Notes: generated from the letters alone by a model not told the origin. A stretch of DNA of 64,000 nucleotides from Candidatus Omnitrophota bacterium (GCA_025453395.1 JALOQK010000001.1:10244-74243); one strand, 5' to 3'; positions 54,280 to 64,000 are shown, numbered from the stretch's first letter. Made by a program: numbers and translations.

Positions 54280-56625
54280 TTAGAAGCCGTGGCTTATATT
54301 AAAATGGAATTTCCCGCTTTTGGTGTCTTCGCCAGGCTCTTTATTAAGTGGGATACCATAATCAAGCATCAAAGGGCCAATAGGAGTTTTTACTCTAACA
54401 CCTAAGCCAATGCCAGTCTTAAAGCCTCCTTTGCCTAAATCATTTTGCTTAGCCCAAACATTGCCTACATCATAAAACGCTGCCAATTTCAAGAAATCGT
54501 ATAGTGGATAAAGATATTCAATATTGCCAATAAGCAGCGCCTCGCCACCCAAGGGATCTTTAGAAACTGGGTCAATTGGCCCAACCTTGCGCTCATCATA
54601 ACCGCGCACAGTCGTAGCGCCTCCAGCAAAAAATCTTTCGTATATTGGAATTTCATCGGAGTTGCCATAAGGGCTTGCCAAACCAAGTCTGCCGCGGAAT
54701 TCCAAAGATGAATTCCTCCATAAAGGCACAAAGTGCGATGCCCTGCCGAAAAATTTAGTAAAATCTTTGCTTGCTCCCAATGGGCCACCGGCAACCTCCA
54801 TAGAACCGGTTAATAAATCCCCTTTCACAGGAGAAAAGACATTGTCCCTGCTATCAAAAGACATGCCAAACTGGACGCTGCTTATAGTGTTCTTGCCTAT
54901 TTCTTTTCTTAAGTCATTAGTAGCATCATCTGAAATATTGCTTATATCAATCTGATCATAACGATACATAAGATCTGCTTTTACATATTCTGAAATTTCT
55001 TTTCCCAAGCGCAAATCCCCTCCGGTAACATCCTCATCGTAACCGTAACCTACATTCTGCTCTCTTTTATGGCTTCTTTTATAGGCATCAAATCCAAAAG
55101 ATACCGGATAATCAAACATCCACGGCTCGGTAAAACTCAAATCAAAACCGCTGCTTAAATTACCTAAAGAAGCGCGCAGCCTTAAGTCTTGGCCGGCTCC
55201 GGTAAAATAGGGGAAATTCCTCCAGTCAAAATTTTTCTGCTCTATCTCTACAAAGCCGATAAACTGCTCAACAGTACTATAGCCTCCGCCAAAACTAAAA
55301 GACCCGGTCTTGGATTCTTTAACATCCACAATAAGGTCCTTTTTATCCGGAACAGAGGTATCTTTTGTATCGTAACTTACCTCTTCAAAAAATCCTAAAT
55401 TCTGCAGGCGCTCTTTGCTGCGCCTTAATTTCTCTCCATCAAATTTATCTGCGGGATGAATCCTTAATTCACGCCTAACCACTATATCCTTGGTCTTGAC
55501 ATTACCGGTAACCATGATTTTATCCACATAGGCGATCTGATTCTCGGTAATCTTATAAGAAATATCTACGCGGTTTGTATCAGCATTTAAAGAGGCAGAG
55601 CTTGTTATGTCAGCGGATATGTAACCTTTGTCAAAATACAAAGAACGGATGCTTGCGGAGTCATCCTTAACTGCTTCGTGGCTAAAAACTTTTCCGCTTG
55701 AACAAGCCTTTATTTGCGCCAATATATCCTTAAGGCTTACGTCATTATTCCCCTCAATCACAACATTGCCGACATAATAACGTTTTCCCTCGGTAATAAT
55801 AATGTTAACATACAGCCAGTTATTCTTCTTGCCATCAGCTCTTACCTGAGACAGCACATCCGCGTCAGTATAACCTTCGCGGGCGTAAAAAGATTTTACC
55901 CTCTCAACGTCTTCTTTTAACACCTCATCCTTAAGTATGCCGGCGTTAAAAAGCCAGGCACTTTTGGTCTTTAACAATTTCTTGATCCTTTTGGCGGGAT
56001 ACGCCTTATTGCCTTCGATATTAATGCCCTTTATGATAACTTTCTTGCCCTCGTCTACTTTAAATTCAATTTTGACCTTGCCATTTTCAGGATTGGCAGA
56101 AACATCGTAATTTATCTTAACCTGGCTAAAGCCTATCTTCTCGTACATCTTTATCAGGGTCTTTACGTCATCACCTAAATTCGGATAATCCAGATACTGC
56201 CCTTGCTTGGATTTGAGGCTTTCTTTCAGCTTTTCATCGCGGGCAGTCAAACGGTTGATGCCGGAAAAGGAAATTTTCTCAATAAGCGGACGCTCAACAA
56301 CGTTAATAATAAGTTTAATTCCATCATTGTAATCTTGGGTATCTATCTTGATATCGCTAAAAAAGCCCAGAATATAAAGCCGCTTCAGGTCATCGCTTAT
56401 CACATTTTCCTGATAGGCTGACCCCACGCGGGTTTTTATCTTGGAAATTATAGTATTGGAACTAATAGACTTATTGCCTTTTATTTCAATAGCGGTAACC
56501 AGTTTTTCCTGTTTAGCGGCGGCCGCAGAAGTTTCTTTTTCAACAGCTTGTTGAGAAAACGCGGCAGGGATTAAAAATAAAAAAAAGATCGCCGCAAGGT
56601 AAAAAGCTATATATTTTTTGGGCAT
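54280..56625 (-). CDS. bamA: outer membrane protein assembly factor BamA
   Basis: 781 aa; signal peptide; POTRA repeats; C-terminal Omp85 barrel ending ...NISHGF. Confidence 0.85.
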   Translation of the reverse strand: MPKKYIAFYLAAIFFLFLIPAAFSQQAVEKETSAAAAKQEKLVTAIEIKGNKSISSNTIISKIKTRVGSAYQENVISDDLKRLYILGFFSDIKIDTQDYNDGIKLIINVVERPLIEKISFSGINRLTARDEKLKESLKSKQGQYLDYPNLGDDVKTLIKMYEKIGFSQVKINYDVSANPENGKVKIEFKVDEGKKVIIKGINIEGNKAYPAKRIKKLLKTKSAWLFNAGILKDEVLKEDVERVKSFYAREGYTDADVLSQVRADGKKNNWLYVNIIITEGKRYYVGNVVIEGNNDVSLKDILAQIKACSSGKVFSHEAVKDDSASIRSLYFDKGYISADITSSASLNADTNRVDISYKITENQIAYVDKIMVTGNVKTKDIVVRRELRIHPADKFDGEKLRRSKERLQNLGFFEEVSYDTKDTSVPDKKDLIVDVKESKTGSFSFGGGYSTVEQFIGFVEIEQKNFDWRNFPYFTGAGQDLRLRASLGNLSSGFDLSFTEPWMFDYPVSFGFDAYKRSHKREQNVGYGYDEDVTGGDLRLGKEISEYVKADLMYRYDQIDISNISDDATNDLRKEIGKNTISSVQFGMSFDSRDNVFSPVKGDLLTGSMEVAGGPLGASKDFTKFFGRASHFVPLWRNSSLEFRGRLGLASPYGNSDEIPIYERFFAGGATTVRGYDERKVGPIDPVSKDPLGGEALLIGNIEYLYPLYDFLKLAAFYDVGNVWAKQNDLGKGGFKTGIGLGVRVKTPIGPLMLDYGIPLNKEPGEDTKSGKFHFNISHGF

Positions 56626-56694
56626 AATATAAAGGTTAGATTTATTAATAATATATTTGACTCAATATAGCATAGCTTTAATAAAAAGTAAATA

Positions 56695-58029
56695 TTATTC
56701 AAGGCGTGCCAGATTCTCAAAACGGGTATATTCTTTAATAAAGGCCAGTTTTACCGAACCCACCGGGCCGTTACGCTGTTTGGCAAGGATGATCTCTGCT
56801 GTGCCCTGATTATCCGGAGTGGGATTGTAGTATTCTTCCCTTAAGATCAAAACTACCACATCCGCGTCCTGCTCAATAGCGCCGGACTCCCTCAAATCTG
56901 ATAACTGCGGCCTATGGTCATTGCGAGATTCTACCGCGCGCGACAACTGGCTGATGGCAATTAGCGGCACATTCAATTCGCGCGCCAAAGCCTTCAATGA
57001 CCGCGATATCTCGGAAATCTCCTGTTGGCGGCTTTCTACCGAAGAAGAACCGCGCATAAGCTGCATATAATCCAGAATGATCAATTTTATATCATGATGC
57101 GCCTTAAGCCTTCTGGCCTTAGCGCGAAGCTCCATTACTGAAATAGCCGGAGTATCGTCTATGAATATCGGCGCCTCGGATAATTTACCGGCTGCGGCAG
57201 TAAGCTTCGGCCAATCAGAAGCGGCTAAATAACCTGTGCGCACCTTATGCGCGTCAACTTTGGCGTGCGCGCAAAGCATTCTCTGCACAAGCTGTTCCTT
57301 GGACATTTCAAGGCTGAAAACCGCTACGGGGATTTTCTCCACTACCCCCGCATGTTCAGCCATGCATAAAGCAAAAGCGCTCTTGCCCATGGAAGGCCTT
57401 CCCGCGATAATGATCAAATCCGAAGGCTGCAAACCGGCAGTCTTTAAATCAAAATCAATATACCCTGTGGGGACCCCCGTGACATGGGCCTTATTCTGAT
57501 ATAAACGGTCAATAGTTTCAATACTGTCTTTGATGATCTCTTTAAGATGCAGCGCTGTCCCGCGCTGATGCCGGTCGCTTATTTCAAAAACAAGCCGCTC
57601 CGCCTGATCCACCATCTGATCCACATCGCCTTGGCTTTCATAACACAAAGAAACAATGCGGGTAGCATTATTGATCAGGGTGCGCAGGATACTTTTTTCC
57701 TTGATAATATTTACGTAATGCCGGATGTTGGCTGCGGTAGGTACAGAATTAGCCAGGGAAGTAAGAAGGCTGGCCCCTCCTATTTGCTCAAGAAGCCCCT
57801 TTACTTTTAATTCGTCGGTAAGAGTAATTAGGTCAACCGCTTTATTGGCATTATACAGGTCAAGTATAGACTCATAGATCTTGCGGTGGGAATCTTTATA
57901 AAATGAATTTATTTCAAGGTTTTCTACCGCTTGGGCGATCGCCTCTTCGTCCATGAGCATGGACCCTAAGGCTGCCATTTCCGCTTCTAAATTCTGCGGT
58001 TGGAGTTTGTCTATGGAGAGTTCGGGCAT
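56695..58029 (-). CDS. dnaB: replicative DNA helicase
   Basis: 444 aa; N-terminal DnaB domain; Walker A GRPSMGKSAFAL; RecA-like core. Confidence 0.9.
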   Translation of the reverse strand: MPELSIDKLQPQNLEAEMAALGSMLMDEEAIAQAVENLEINSFYKDSHRKIYESILDLYNANKAVDLITLTDELKVKGLLEQIGGASLLTSLANSVPTAANIRHYVNIIKEKSILRTLINNATRIVSLCYESQGDVDQMVDQAERLVFEISDRHQRGTALHLKEIIKDSIETIDRLYQNKAHVTGVPTGYIDFDLKTAGLQPSDLIIIAGRPSMGKSAFALCMAEHAGVVEKIPVAVFSLEMSKEQLVQRMLCAHAKVDAHKVRTGYLAASDWPKLTAAAGKLSEAPIFIDDTPAISVMELRAKARRLKAHHDIKLIILDYMQLMRGSSSVESRQQEISEISRSLKALARELNVPLIAISQLSRAVESRNDHRPQLSDLRESGAIEQDADVVVLILREEYYNPTPDNQGTAEIILAKQRNGPVGSVKLAFIKEYTRFENLARLE

Positions 58030-58388
58030 AATAAAAGTTTAAAAGTTAAAGCGAAAAACTAAAAATTATAATTCAAAAGTAAAAAGTTAGAAACCAAAGC
58101 AAAAACTTAAAGAAGAAAAACAAACAAAATCAAAAGAGCAAATCAAAAACAGAAATTTAAAAATTTAAAATCAAATAATACCAACACATTTAACCTAAAA
58201 TACGATAATCTTAGAATTTTAACTTATATTTTAAACTTAACTTCTGACTCACCAATAATAATTTTTAATTTTATCGGATTTATTTTTGCCTTACTTTGAT
58301 TTGTTTTTGTTTTATTCTGTCTTATTTCCCTTCTTGTTTCTTACTTTTTAATTTTTACTTATAGTTTTAAATTTTTACTTTTGACTTT
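58030..58388. repeat. AT-rich low-complexity intergenic region with iterated AAAAGTAAAAAG / TTTTTACTTTT motifs
   Basis: ~360 bp, more than 80% A+T, with many 7-8-bp-phased A-tract repeats. Similar motif runs lie upstream of tadA (4030-4130) and glmU (63360-63410). Confidence 0.6.
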
Positions 58389-58832
58389 TTACTTTTTTAC
58401 TATCCACACTTTAATTTTAGTAATTACTTCCGGATGAAGCTTCACTGTAACTTCATATATACCTAAAGACTTAGCCGGCTCATCAAGAATGATCTTGTTT
58501 TTATCAATTTCTATGCCTTCATCTTTAAGCTCCGAGATTATATCTTGAACGCTTATGCTGCCGTAAAGCTTATCATCATCTTTGGTCAGAACAGGCAAGG
58601 TAAGAGACACCTTATCAAGCTTATTTTTTAATTCTAAAGCCTGCTCTTTATCCTTTTGCTGTTTTTGGTCAGCATGTTTTTTGTCATCTTCTAGTTTCTT
58701 CAAGTTAACACTGTTGACTGGAACAGCTAATTTATTGGGGATAAGGAAATTCCTGGCAAAACCGTCCTTGGCCTTGATGATTTGCCCAGCCTTACCGATC
58801 CGCTCCACATCCCGCGTAAGGATGACTTCCAT
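58389..58832 (-). CDS. rplI: 50S ribosomal protein L9
   Basis: 147 aa; MEVILTRDVERIGKAGQIIKAKDGFARNFLIP. Confidence 0.9.
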   Translation of the reverse strand: MEVILTRDVERIGKAGQIIKAKDGFARNFLIPNKLAVPVNSVNLKKLEDDKKHADQKQQKDKEQALELKNKLDKVSLTLPVLTKDDDKLYGSISVQDIISELKDEGIEIDKNKIILDEPAKSLGIYEVTVKLHPEVITKIKVWIVKK

Positions 58833-58865
58833 AAAAACCTCCCGCTTATAAAAATAAAATTCTGA

Positions 58866-59135
58866 TTAAGAACGCACGTAAGGTATCAAAGAAAGAAAGC
58901 GCGCTTTCTTAAGCGCCTCTGATGCCATTCTCTGGTGACGGGCGCAATTTCCGGTAGCGCGCACAGAAGCAATCTTGCCCCTGTCGCGGACATAAAACTC
59001 TAATCTCCTGACATCTTTATAGTCAACGCCTTTTACCTTCTCAAGGCACATCCTGCAAACCTTCTTCCTTAAGATGCCAAGCTTATTCTTATCTTTCTTA
59101 AGGTTCTTTTTAAAAAGTGGTTTCTTATCCCTCAT
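58866..59135 (-). CDS. rpsR: 30S ribosomal protein S18
   Basis: 89 aa; YKDVRRLEFYVRDRGKI motif. Confidence 0.9.
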   Translation of the reverse strand: MRDKKPLFKKNLKKDKNKLGILRKKVCRMCLEKVKGVDYKDVRRLEFYVRDRGKIASVRATGNCARHQRMASEALKKARFLSLIPYVRS

Positions 59136-59574
59136 TTAGATTGTCCTCGCTTTCTTCCAACCAGCTTGCTTCGCTTGTAGATTCAGATGAAGCAGGCGCG
59201 GCCTGTTGTTGCGCAGCAGCGTCAGGGGCTTTTCCTTCGCCGGGCTTGCCTCCCAAAAATTGCACTCTTTCCGCGCGCACCTCAATAACGCTTTTTTTCT
59301 GCCCGGTATTGTCTTCCCATGAGCGCGACTGAAGCCTGCCCTCAATAAAAACCGAACGGCCTTTTTGTAAATACTGGTTACAGACTTCCGCCTGTTTATC
59401 CCAAACTACCACGGTAATAAAACAAACTTCCTCTTTTTGTTCCTGATTACGGTCACGGTACTTGCGATTTATAGCCATTCGCAAATTAGCAACAGCAGTA
59501 CCCTGCGGGGTATAACGTAATTCCGGGTCTTTAGTAAGATTGCCGATCAACAAAACTTTATTCAGGCTTGCCAT
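59125..59574 (-). CDS. ssb: single-stranded DNA-binding protein
   Basis: 149 aa; OB fold (NKVLLIGNLTKDPELRYT); disordered Gln/Ala-rich tail ending EDNLNEG. Confidence 0.85.
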   Translation of the reverse strand: MASLNKVLLIGNLTKDPELRYTPQGTAVANLRMAINRKYRDRNQEQKEEVCFITVVVWDKQAEVCNQYLQKGRSVFIEGRLQSRSWEDNTGQKKSVIEVRAERVQFLGGKPGEGKAPDAAAQQQAAPASSESTSEASWLEESEDNLNEG

Positions 59575-59589
59575 ATATGGCTCCTTTTC

Positions 59590-59880
59590 TTAAGCCTCAA
59601 GGCGGGTAATTAAAAACCTTAAGATATTTTCGTTAAGCGTGTAAATCTGCTTTAATTTTACTATTCCCTGCGGCGGCATATTAAAACCGATCAAATAATA
59701 AACTGCCTCGCTGAATTTCTTAATCGGGAAATACAATTTCTTCCTATCTGACCAAACTCCAGAAGAAGAAACCACGCCTTCATTTTTCACGATTAGTTCC
59801 GCAAGATGCGAAAACAAAGTTTTTCTCGCCTCTTCCGGAAGATCCGGCCTGACAAGAACCATTACTTCATACTTATTCAT
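59590..59880 (-). CDS. rpsF: 30S ribosomal protein S6
   Basis: 96 aa; MNKYEVMVLVRPDL. Confidence 0.85.
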   Translation of the reverse strand: MNKYEVMVLVRPDLPEEARKTLFSHLAELIVKNEGVVSSSGVWSDRKKLYFPIKKFSEAVYYLIGFNMPPQGIVKLKQIYTLNENILRFLITRLEA

Positions 59881-60463
59881 TACACTGCTCCTTGTTTACT
59901 TTTTTATTAAAGATTTCCATTGCCTTATTAATGCCAAACTCCGCCCAGATATAACAACATTGCACTGCTTTTCTTAAGATCTGCTCTTTTTCGCCATTTT
60001 CCGATTGGGTAAATCTGGAAAGAACATATTCTGATACAAAATCCTTATCCTTGGGCCTTCCAATGCCAAGGCGCAGGCGGCAAAAATCCTTATCTTTAAG
60101 GCTTGAAGCTATGGATTCAAGGCCATGATGCCCGGCGCTTGAACCGCCTTGTTTTATTTTCATCCTGCCTAACTGCAGATCCAGGTCATCGCAGATTATC
60201 AAAATATCTCCGGAGGCAACCTTAAACTTACCCGCCAGATATTTGATGCTTGCCCCGGAAAGATTCATAAAAGTAAGAGGCCGGGCTAAAATAAATTCCT
60301 TACCTTTATAATGCATGCGGCAGAAAGCAGTCTTGCTAAAAATACCTTTTTTAAGAACAACGCCCTGTTTACGGGCAAGCGCCTCAATCGCATCAAATCC
60401 TATATTGTGGCGTGAGCCTAAATAGGCTTTACCCGGATTACCCAAACCAGCAATAAGTTTCAT
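59873..60463 (-). CDS. pth: peptidyl-tRNA hydrolase
   Basis: 196 aa; MKLIAGLGNPG...RHNIGF Pth signature. Confidence 0.9.
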   Translation of the reverse strand: MKLIAGLGNPGKAYLGSRHNIGFDAIEALARKQGVVLKKGIFSKTAFCRMHYKGKEFILARPLTFMNLSGASIKYLAGKFKVASGDILIICDDLDLQLGRMKIKQGGSSAGHHGLESIASSLKDKDFCRLRLGIGRPKDKDFVSEYVLSRFTQSENGEKEQILRKAVQCCYIWAEFGINKAMEIFNKKVNKEQCNE

Positions 60464-60465
60464 GC

Positions 60466-61140
60466 CTATTTTTTCTCAGGCTCTTGGCCTTCGGCAGCAG
60501 GGACTTCTTTCTTTTCCTTGATCACTTCCAATTCCGGCTTCTCTTCGCCTTCTACTTCCACCGGCACTTCTATTACCGGCTTATTACAAGACAAGGCAAT
60601 AGCATCCATGGGGGTCAGTATTTTCACCCCTTCAGGTACAGCCAAATCCTTAACATGTATGGAATCGCCTAATTTCAAAGAAGTAACATCTACCTCTATA
60701 TGCTTAGGGATATTTAAAGGCAAACATTCAATTTCAATTTCCCAGAGTATGTGCTCTAAAGAGCCGCCTTCCTGCTTCACGCCCACAGGTTCTCCCTTGG
60801 CCGTAAGCGGGATATTCAACTTAATTACCTTGGTAAGCGAAATCTCATTAAAATCCACGTGCACAATATCGCCTTTTACCGGATGATACTGTATTTCTTT
60901 GATCAGGCACGGCCGGTCTTTTTTGACTTTATCATCCTGAATTTTTACCTTAATGACCACGTTCTCAAGGCGGTGCTGGTGCAAAAGGTGGAACAGCTCT
61001 TTATGCGACACCTTAATGGCCTGCGCGTCTTTACCTTCAGCATAGATAACAGCAGGAATAAAGCCTGCGTCGCGGATATCCTTAACTTTTCCTCTTCCTA
61101 TTTCTTCTCTTTTTTGTGCCGCTAAAAATATTTCTTCCAT
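60466..61140 (-). CDS. rplY: 50S ribosomal protein L25 / general stress protein Ctc
   Basis: 224 aa; L25 beta-barrel plus acidic/Lys-rich C-terminal extension. Confidence 0.8.
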   Translation of the reverse strand: MEEIFLAAQKREEIGRGKVKDIRDAGFIPAVIYAEGKDAQAIKVSHKELFHLLHQHRLENVVIKVKIQDDKVKKDRPCLIKEIQYHPVKGDIVHVDFNEISLTKVIKLNIPLTAKGEPVGVKQEGGSLEHILWEIEIECLPLNIPKHIEVDVTSLKLGDSIHVKDLAVPEGVKILTPMDAIALSCNKPVIEVPVEVEGEEKPELEVIKEKKEVPAAEGQEPEKK

Positions 61141-61158
61141 GACTTTAAACTCTCCTTC

Positions 61159-62097
61159 TTAATCAAACAAACAACTCACCGATTCTTCGCGATGAATCCT
61201 CTTGATCGCCTCAGCCAATAAAGGCGCGACAGATAAAACATTGATCCGGGGATTCTTCTTCTCTTCTGTAAGGGGGATACTGTTGGTGATGACCAGCTCC
61301 TCCATATCTTTACATTTATCTATTCTCTCAATCGCCGGGCCGGAAAGAACACCATGGGTAATGGCAGCCCTTATACTTTTTGCGCCTGCCTCTTTTAAGG
61401 CATAGACTGCTTCAATAAGTGAACTTCCCGTAGCGATAAGATCGTCAGTGATAATAGCATGTTTCCCGCGCACCTCTCCTAAAATATGCAAAACCTCTGT
61501 TTTTTCAGGGGAATCGCGCCTTTTATCAATAATGGCAAGCCCTGCAGAAAGCCTCTTGGCATAGGCACGCGCCATTTTAATACTTCCCACATCCGGTGAC
61601 ACAATAACCATATCCTGCATGTGCATTTTCTTAAAATATTCAATAAAAACTCCGATGGCAAAAAGGTGGTCCACCGGAATATCAAAAAACCCCTGGATCT
61701 GCCCGGCATGCAAGTCCATAGTTAATATACGGTCTGCCCCGGCTGTAGTCAAAAGATTGGCCACTAATTTAGCGGTTATAGGAACGCGCGGCTGGTCTTT
61801 TCTGTCCTGGCGGGCATAGCCAAAATAAGGGATAACCGGAGTAATCCGGCTTGCCGAAGCCCTTTTTAAGGCATCAATCATAATTAAAAGCTCTACTAAA
61901 TTATCATTTACCGGGGGGCAGGTCGGCTGCACCAGAAAAACATCTTTACCTCTAACATTTTCATTTACCTGGACTCTAATTTCGCCTTCACTGAACTTAC
62001 CCACCAGCGTATCAGTAATTTTCATCTTAAGATAAGCGCATATCTCTTTGGCAAGTTCACTATGCGCGTTTCCGGAAATCACCGCTAATTTTTCCAT
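61159..62097 (-). CDS. prs: ribose-phosphate pyrophosphokinase
   Basis: 312 aa; PRPP-binding DLHAGQIQGFF and IITDDLIATGSS motifs. Confidence 0.9.
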   Translation of the reverse strand: MEKLAVISGNAHSELAKEICAYLKMKITDTLVGKFSEGEIRVQVNENVRGKDVFLVQPTCPPVNDNLVELLIMIDALKRASASRITPVIPYFGYARQDRKDQPRVPITAKLVANLLTTAGADRILTMDLHAGQIQGFFDIPVDHLFAIGVFIEYFKKMHMQDMVIVSPDVGSIKMARAYAKRLSAGLAIIDKRRDSPEKTEVLHILGEVRGKHAIITDDLIATGSSLIEAVYALKEAGAKSIRAAITHGVLSGPAIERIDKCKDMEELVITNSIPLTEEKKNPRINVLSVAPLLAEAIKRIHREESVSCLFD

Positions 62098-62102
62098 ATA
62101 TC

Positions 62103-63359
62103 CTACCTCTTTTTTAATAATTTAGCTGGAACCCCTACCACAGTTTTACCCGAAGGAACTTTTGTTTTTACTACTACTGACCCCGCCCCTGTCCTGGCAG
62201 AGTTACCGATAGTAACAGGAGATACCAAAACGCTATCCGAACCGATAAAAGCGTTCTTGCCGATAGTAGTATTATGTTTATTCTTGCCGTCAAAATTGGC
62301 GATCACTGTCCCGGCGCCGATATTCACATTCTGCCCTAAAGAGGCATCTCCCAAGTAGCTGAAATGTTTGACAAAAGTGCCGGATTTTATGGAAGAGCGC
62401 ACGCTTTCCACAAAATTGCCTACTACCACATTATTTCCGATTATGGTGCCTTCTCTAAGGTGGGAGCATGGGCCGACTGAACAATGTTTTCCAATTTTAA
62501 CACTTTTTTCAATAACTGTAAAGGGATAAATCACGCTATCCTGTCCAATTTTAGCCCCGTAACTTATAAAGGTTGTATCCGGGCTTATGATGGTAACACC
62601 TTTCTTCATAACCTCTTCATTGATCCTTGCCTGCATAATTTTGTTTGCCTTGGCAAGCTCAATCCGAGAGTTAACTCCTAATGCCTCATTCACATCAGAG
62701 GTTTTAATATTGCCGGTTAATCGAGCGTTTTTGTAAATAATCCCGATGACATCAGTCAGATAATACTCTTTTTTCTTGTTATTGGGCCTGACCTTGGCTA
62801 ATGAGCGCGCAAGATCTTTAGCCTTAAAACACATAATGCCGGTGTTTATTTCTTTGATATTCTTCTGAAAATCATCCGCGTCTTTTTCTTCCACGATCCC
62901 GCAGATACAGGAATATTTATCCCGCAAAATCCTGCCATAGCCTTGCGGCTTGTCCATATCCGCGGTCAAAAGTGTTACCGCGCAATCATTATCTTGGTGA
63001 TACTTAATCAGATCTTTAAGGGTCTTTTCTTTTAAAAGCGGATTATCCGCGTATAAAACCAAAACCGTGCCGGTAAAACCCTTTAGGGCGCGCATCCCCT
63101 CTTTTACCGCATCTGCAGTGCCTAAAAGTTTTTTCTGCTTTACCCTTAAAACTGCTTCGGGTAAAAGTTGGGCTACTTGCGCATAGCCATACCCTAAAAC
63201 AACAGCTGTCTTTGCCGGCTTCAGGCTCTTTGCCAAGTCCAAGACATAATTTATAAGAGGCCGCGAACACAAAAGATGAGCTGCCTTGGGCAGGATGGAT
63301 TTCATGCGCGTGCTTTTTCCCGCCGCCAGAATAATTACCGCTAAATCATTTTTTTTCAT
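62103..63359 (-). CDS. glmU: bifunctional GlcNAc-1-phosphate uridyltransferase / GlcN-1-phosphate acetyltransferase
   Basis: 418 aa; N-terminal nucleotidyltransferase VIILAAGKSTRMKS; C-terminal hexapeptide acetyltransferase. Confidence 0.85.
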   Translation of the reverse strand: MKKNDLAVIILAAGKSTRMKSILPKAAHLLCSRPLINYVLDLAKSLKPAKTAVVLGYGYAQVAQLLPEAVLRVKQKKLLGTADAVKEGMRALKGFTGTVLVLYADNPLLKEKTLKDLIKYHQDNDCAVTLLTADMDKPQGYGRILRDKYSCICGIVEEKDADDFQKNIKEINTGIMCFKAKDLARSLAKVRPNNKKKEYYLTDVIGIIYKNARLTGNIKTSDVNEALGVNSRIELAKANKIMQARINEEVMKKGVTIISPDTTFISYGAKIGQDSVIYPFTVIEKSVKIGKHCSVGPCSHLREGTIIGNNVVVGNFVESVRSSIKSGTFVKHFSYLGDASLGQNVNIGAGTVIANFDGKNKHNTTIGKNAFIGSDSVLVSPVTIGNSARTGAGSVVVKTKVPSGKTVVGVPAKLLKKR

Positions 63360-63407
63360 GATTTCTTATATTCTTGGTTTTGTTTTTTACTTTTTACTTT
63401 TACCTTT

Positions 63408-63950
63408 TTACTTTTTTATATATGCCTTGATAATTTTCTGCTCTGAAACAGGCCTATCGCCGGCATCCACAGCGGTATTCTCTATTTTCTGCACCGCGTC
63501 ATAACCGCCTGTAACTTTACCAAAAATAGTATGGCGCATGTTTAAGTGCGGCGTAGGAACAGTTGTGATAAAAAACTGGCTGCCGTTGGTATTTGGCCCG
63601 GCGTTTGCCATAGCTAAGATTCCCGGGGAATCAAATTTTACGCTTGTTGATACCTCATCTTCAAAAGGCCCGCCCCAGATAGATTCTCCGCCGCGGCCTG
63701 TGCCAGTAGGGTCTCCGCCCTGGATCATGAATTGCTTGATCACGCGGTGAAAAATTATCCCGTTATAATAACCCTTTTCGACTAAACCGACAAAATTTTC
63801 ACAAGTCTTAGGCGCCACATCCGGCATAAGTGTCAATTCAATATTCCCCTGATTTGTTTCCAAAACCACGGTTTGAGCGTCCATCGCCTGTAATCCTCCT
63901 GTGATAAGGTTAAGAAATAAAAACGCCGCAAAAATAATTATTTTCTTCAT
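63408..63950 (-). CDS. ppiB: secreted cyclophilin-type peptidyl-prolyl cis-trans isomerase
   Basis: 180 aa; signal peptide; [15 protein letters not shown]. Confidence 0.85.
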   Translation of the reverse strand: MKKIIIFAAFLFLNLITGGLQAMDAQTVVLETNQGNIELTLMPDVAPKTCENFVGLVEKGYYNGIIFHRVIKQFMIQGGDPTGTGRGGESIWGGPFEDEVSTSVKFDSPGILAMANAGPNTNGSQFFITTVPTPHLNMRHTIFGKVTGGYDAVQKIENTAVDAGDRPVSEQKIIKAYIKK

Positions 63951-64000
63951 TTCTTGTCTCCTTTAGTTGATCTATAATGTTAGTCCCTCGCGTAAGCGCT

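Noticed and set aside
58030-58388. AT-rich region as the chromosomal origin (oriC)
   Set aside because: No dnaA gene is nearby and no clustered DnaA-box (TTATCCACA-like) motifs are visible. The one near-match at ~58401 lies inside the rplI coding sequence. The region is kept only as a curved-DNA repeat.

Overview
The window is a 64-kb chromosomal segment from a low-GC, diderm (outer membrane: bamA-skp-lpxD-lpxC/fabZ-lpxA-lpxI), probably anaerobic bacterium. It is gene-dense and almost entirely coded on the minus strand; I could support only one small plus-strand gene. From left to right I find: (1) small accessory genes (YgjP-like hydrolase, cupin, Cys-rich mini-protein, HEAT-repeat protein). 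(2) A ~9-kb same-strand signalling operon, described under findings. (3) An RRM protein with a tandem-repeat tail. (4) carB, arfB, an LPS-heptose epimerase and an unknown repeat protein. (5) A [FeFe]-hydrogenase maturation operon (TM1266-like, hydG, aspA-like, hydF). (6) glgP, serS, rtcB plus archease, and a trimeric NuoE/NuoF-GltD/HydA [FeFe] hydrogenase. (7) A Glf-like flavoenzyme, methyltransferase, B12-radical-SAM and large membrane protein cluster. (8) The conserved glmU-prs-ctc-pth-rpsF-ssb-rpsR-rplI-dnaB block. I read seven tRNAs by eye: Ser-GCT, Ser-GGA, Ser-TGA, Ser-CGA, Arg-ACG, Arg-TCG and Lys-CTT. The tRNA-Ser genes carry families of flanking tandem repeats, long palindromes and terminator-like hairpins. 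I saw no transposase, integrase or CRISPR array. The most interesting candidates are the receiver-rich operon that places a T2SS/T4P-type ATPase-receiver fusion with a lone prepilin and a protease, a non-canonical H-cluster motif (TSCSPGW) in HydA, and the repeat system around the tRNA-Ser genes. All coordinates and calls come from reading the sequence and the ORF translations. I ran no database search.
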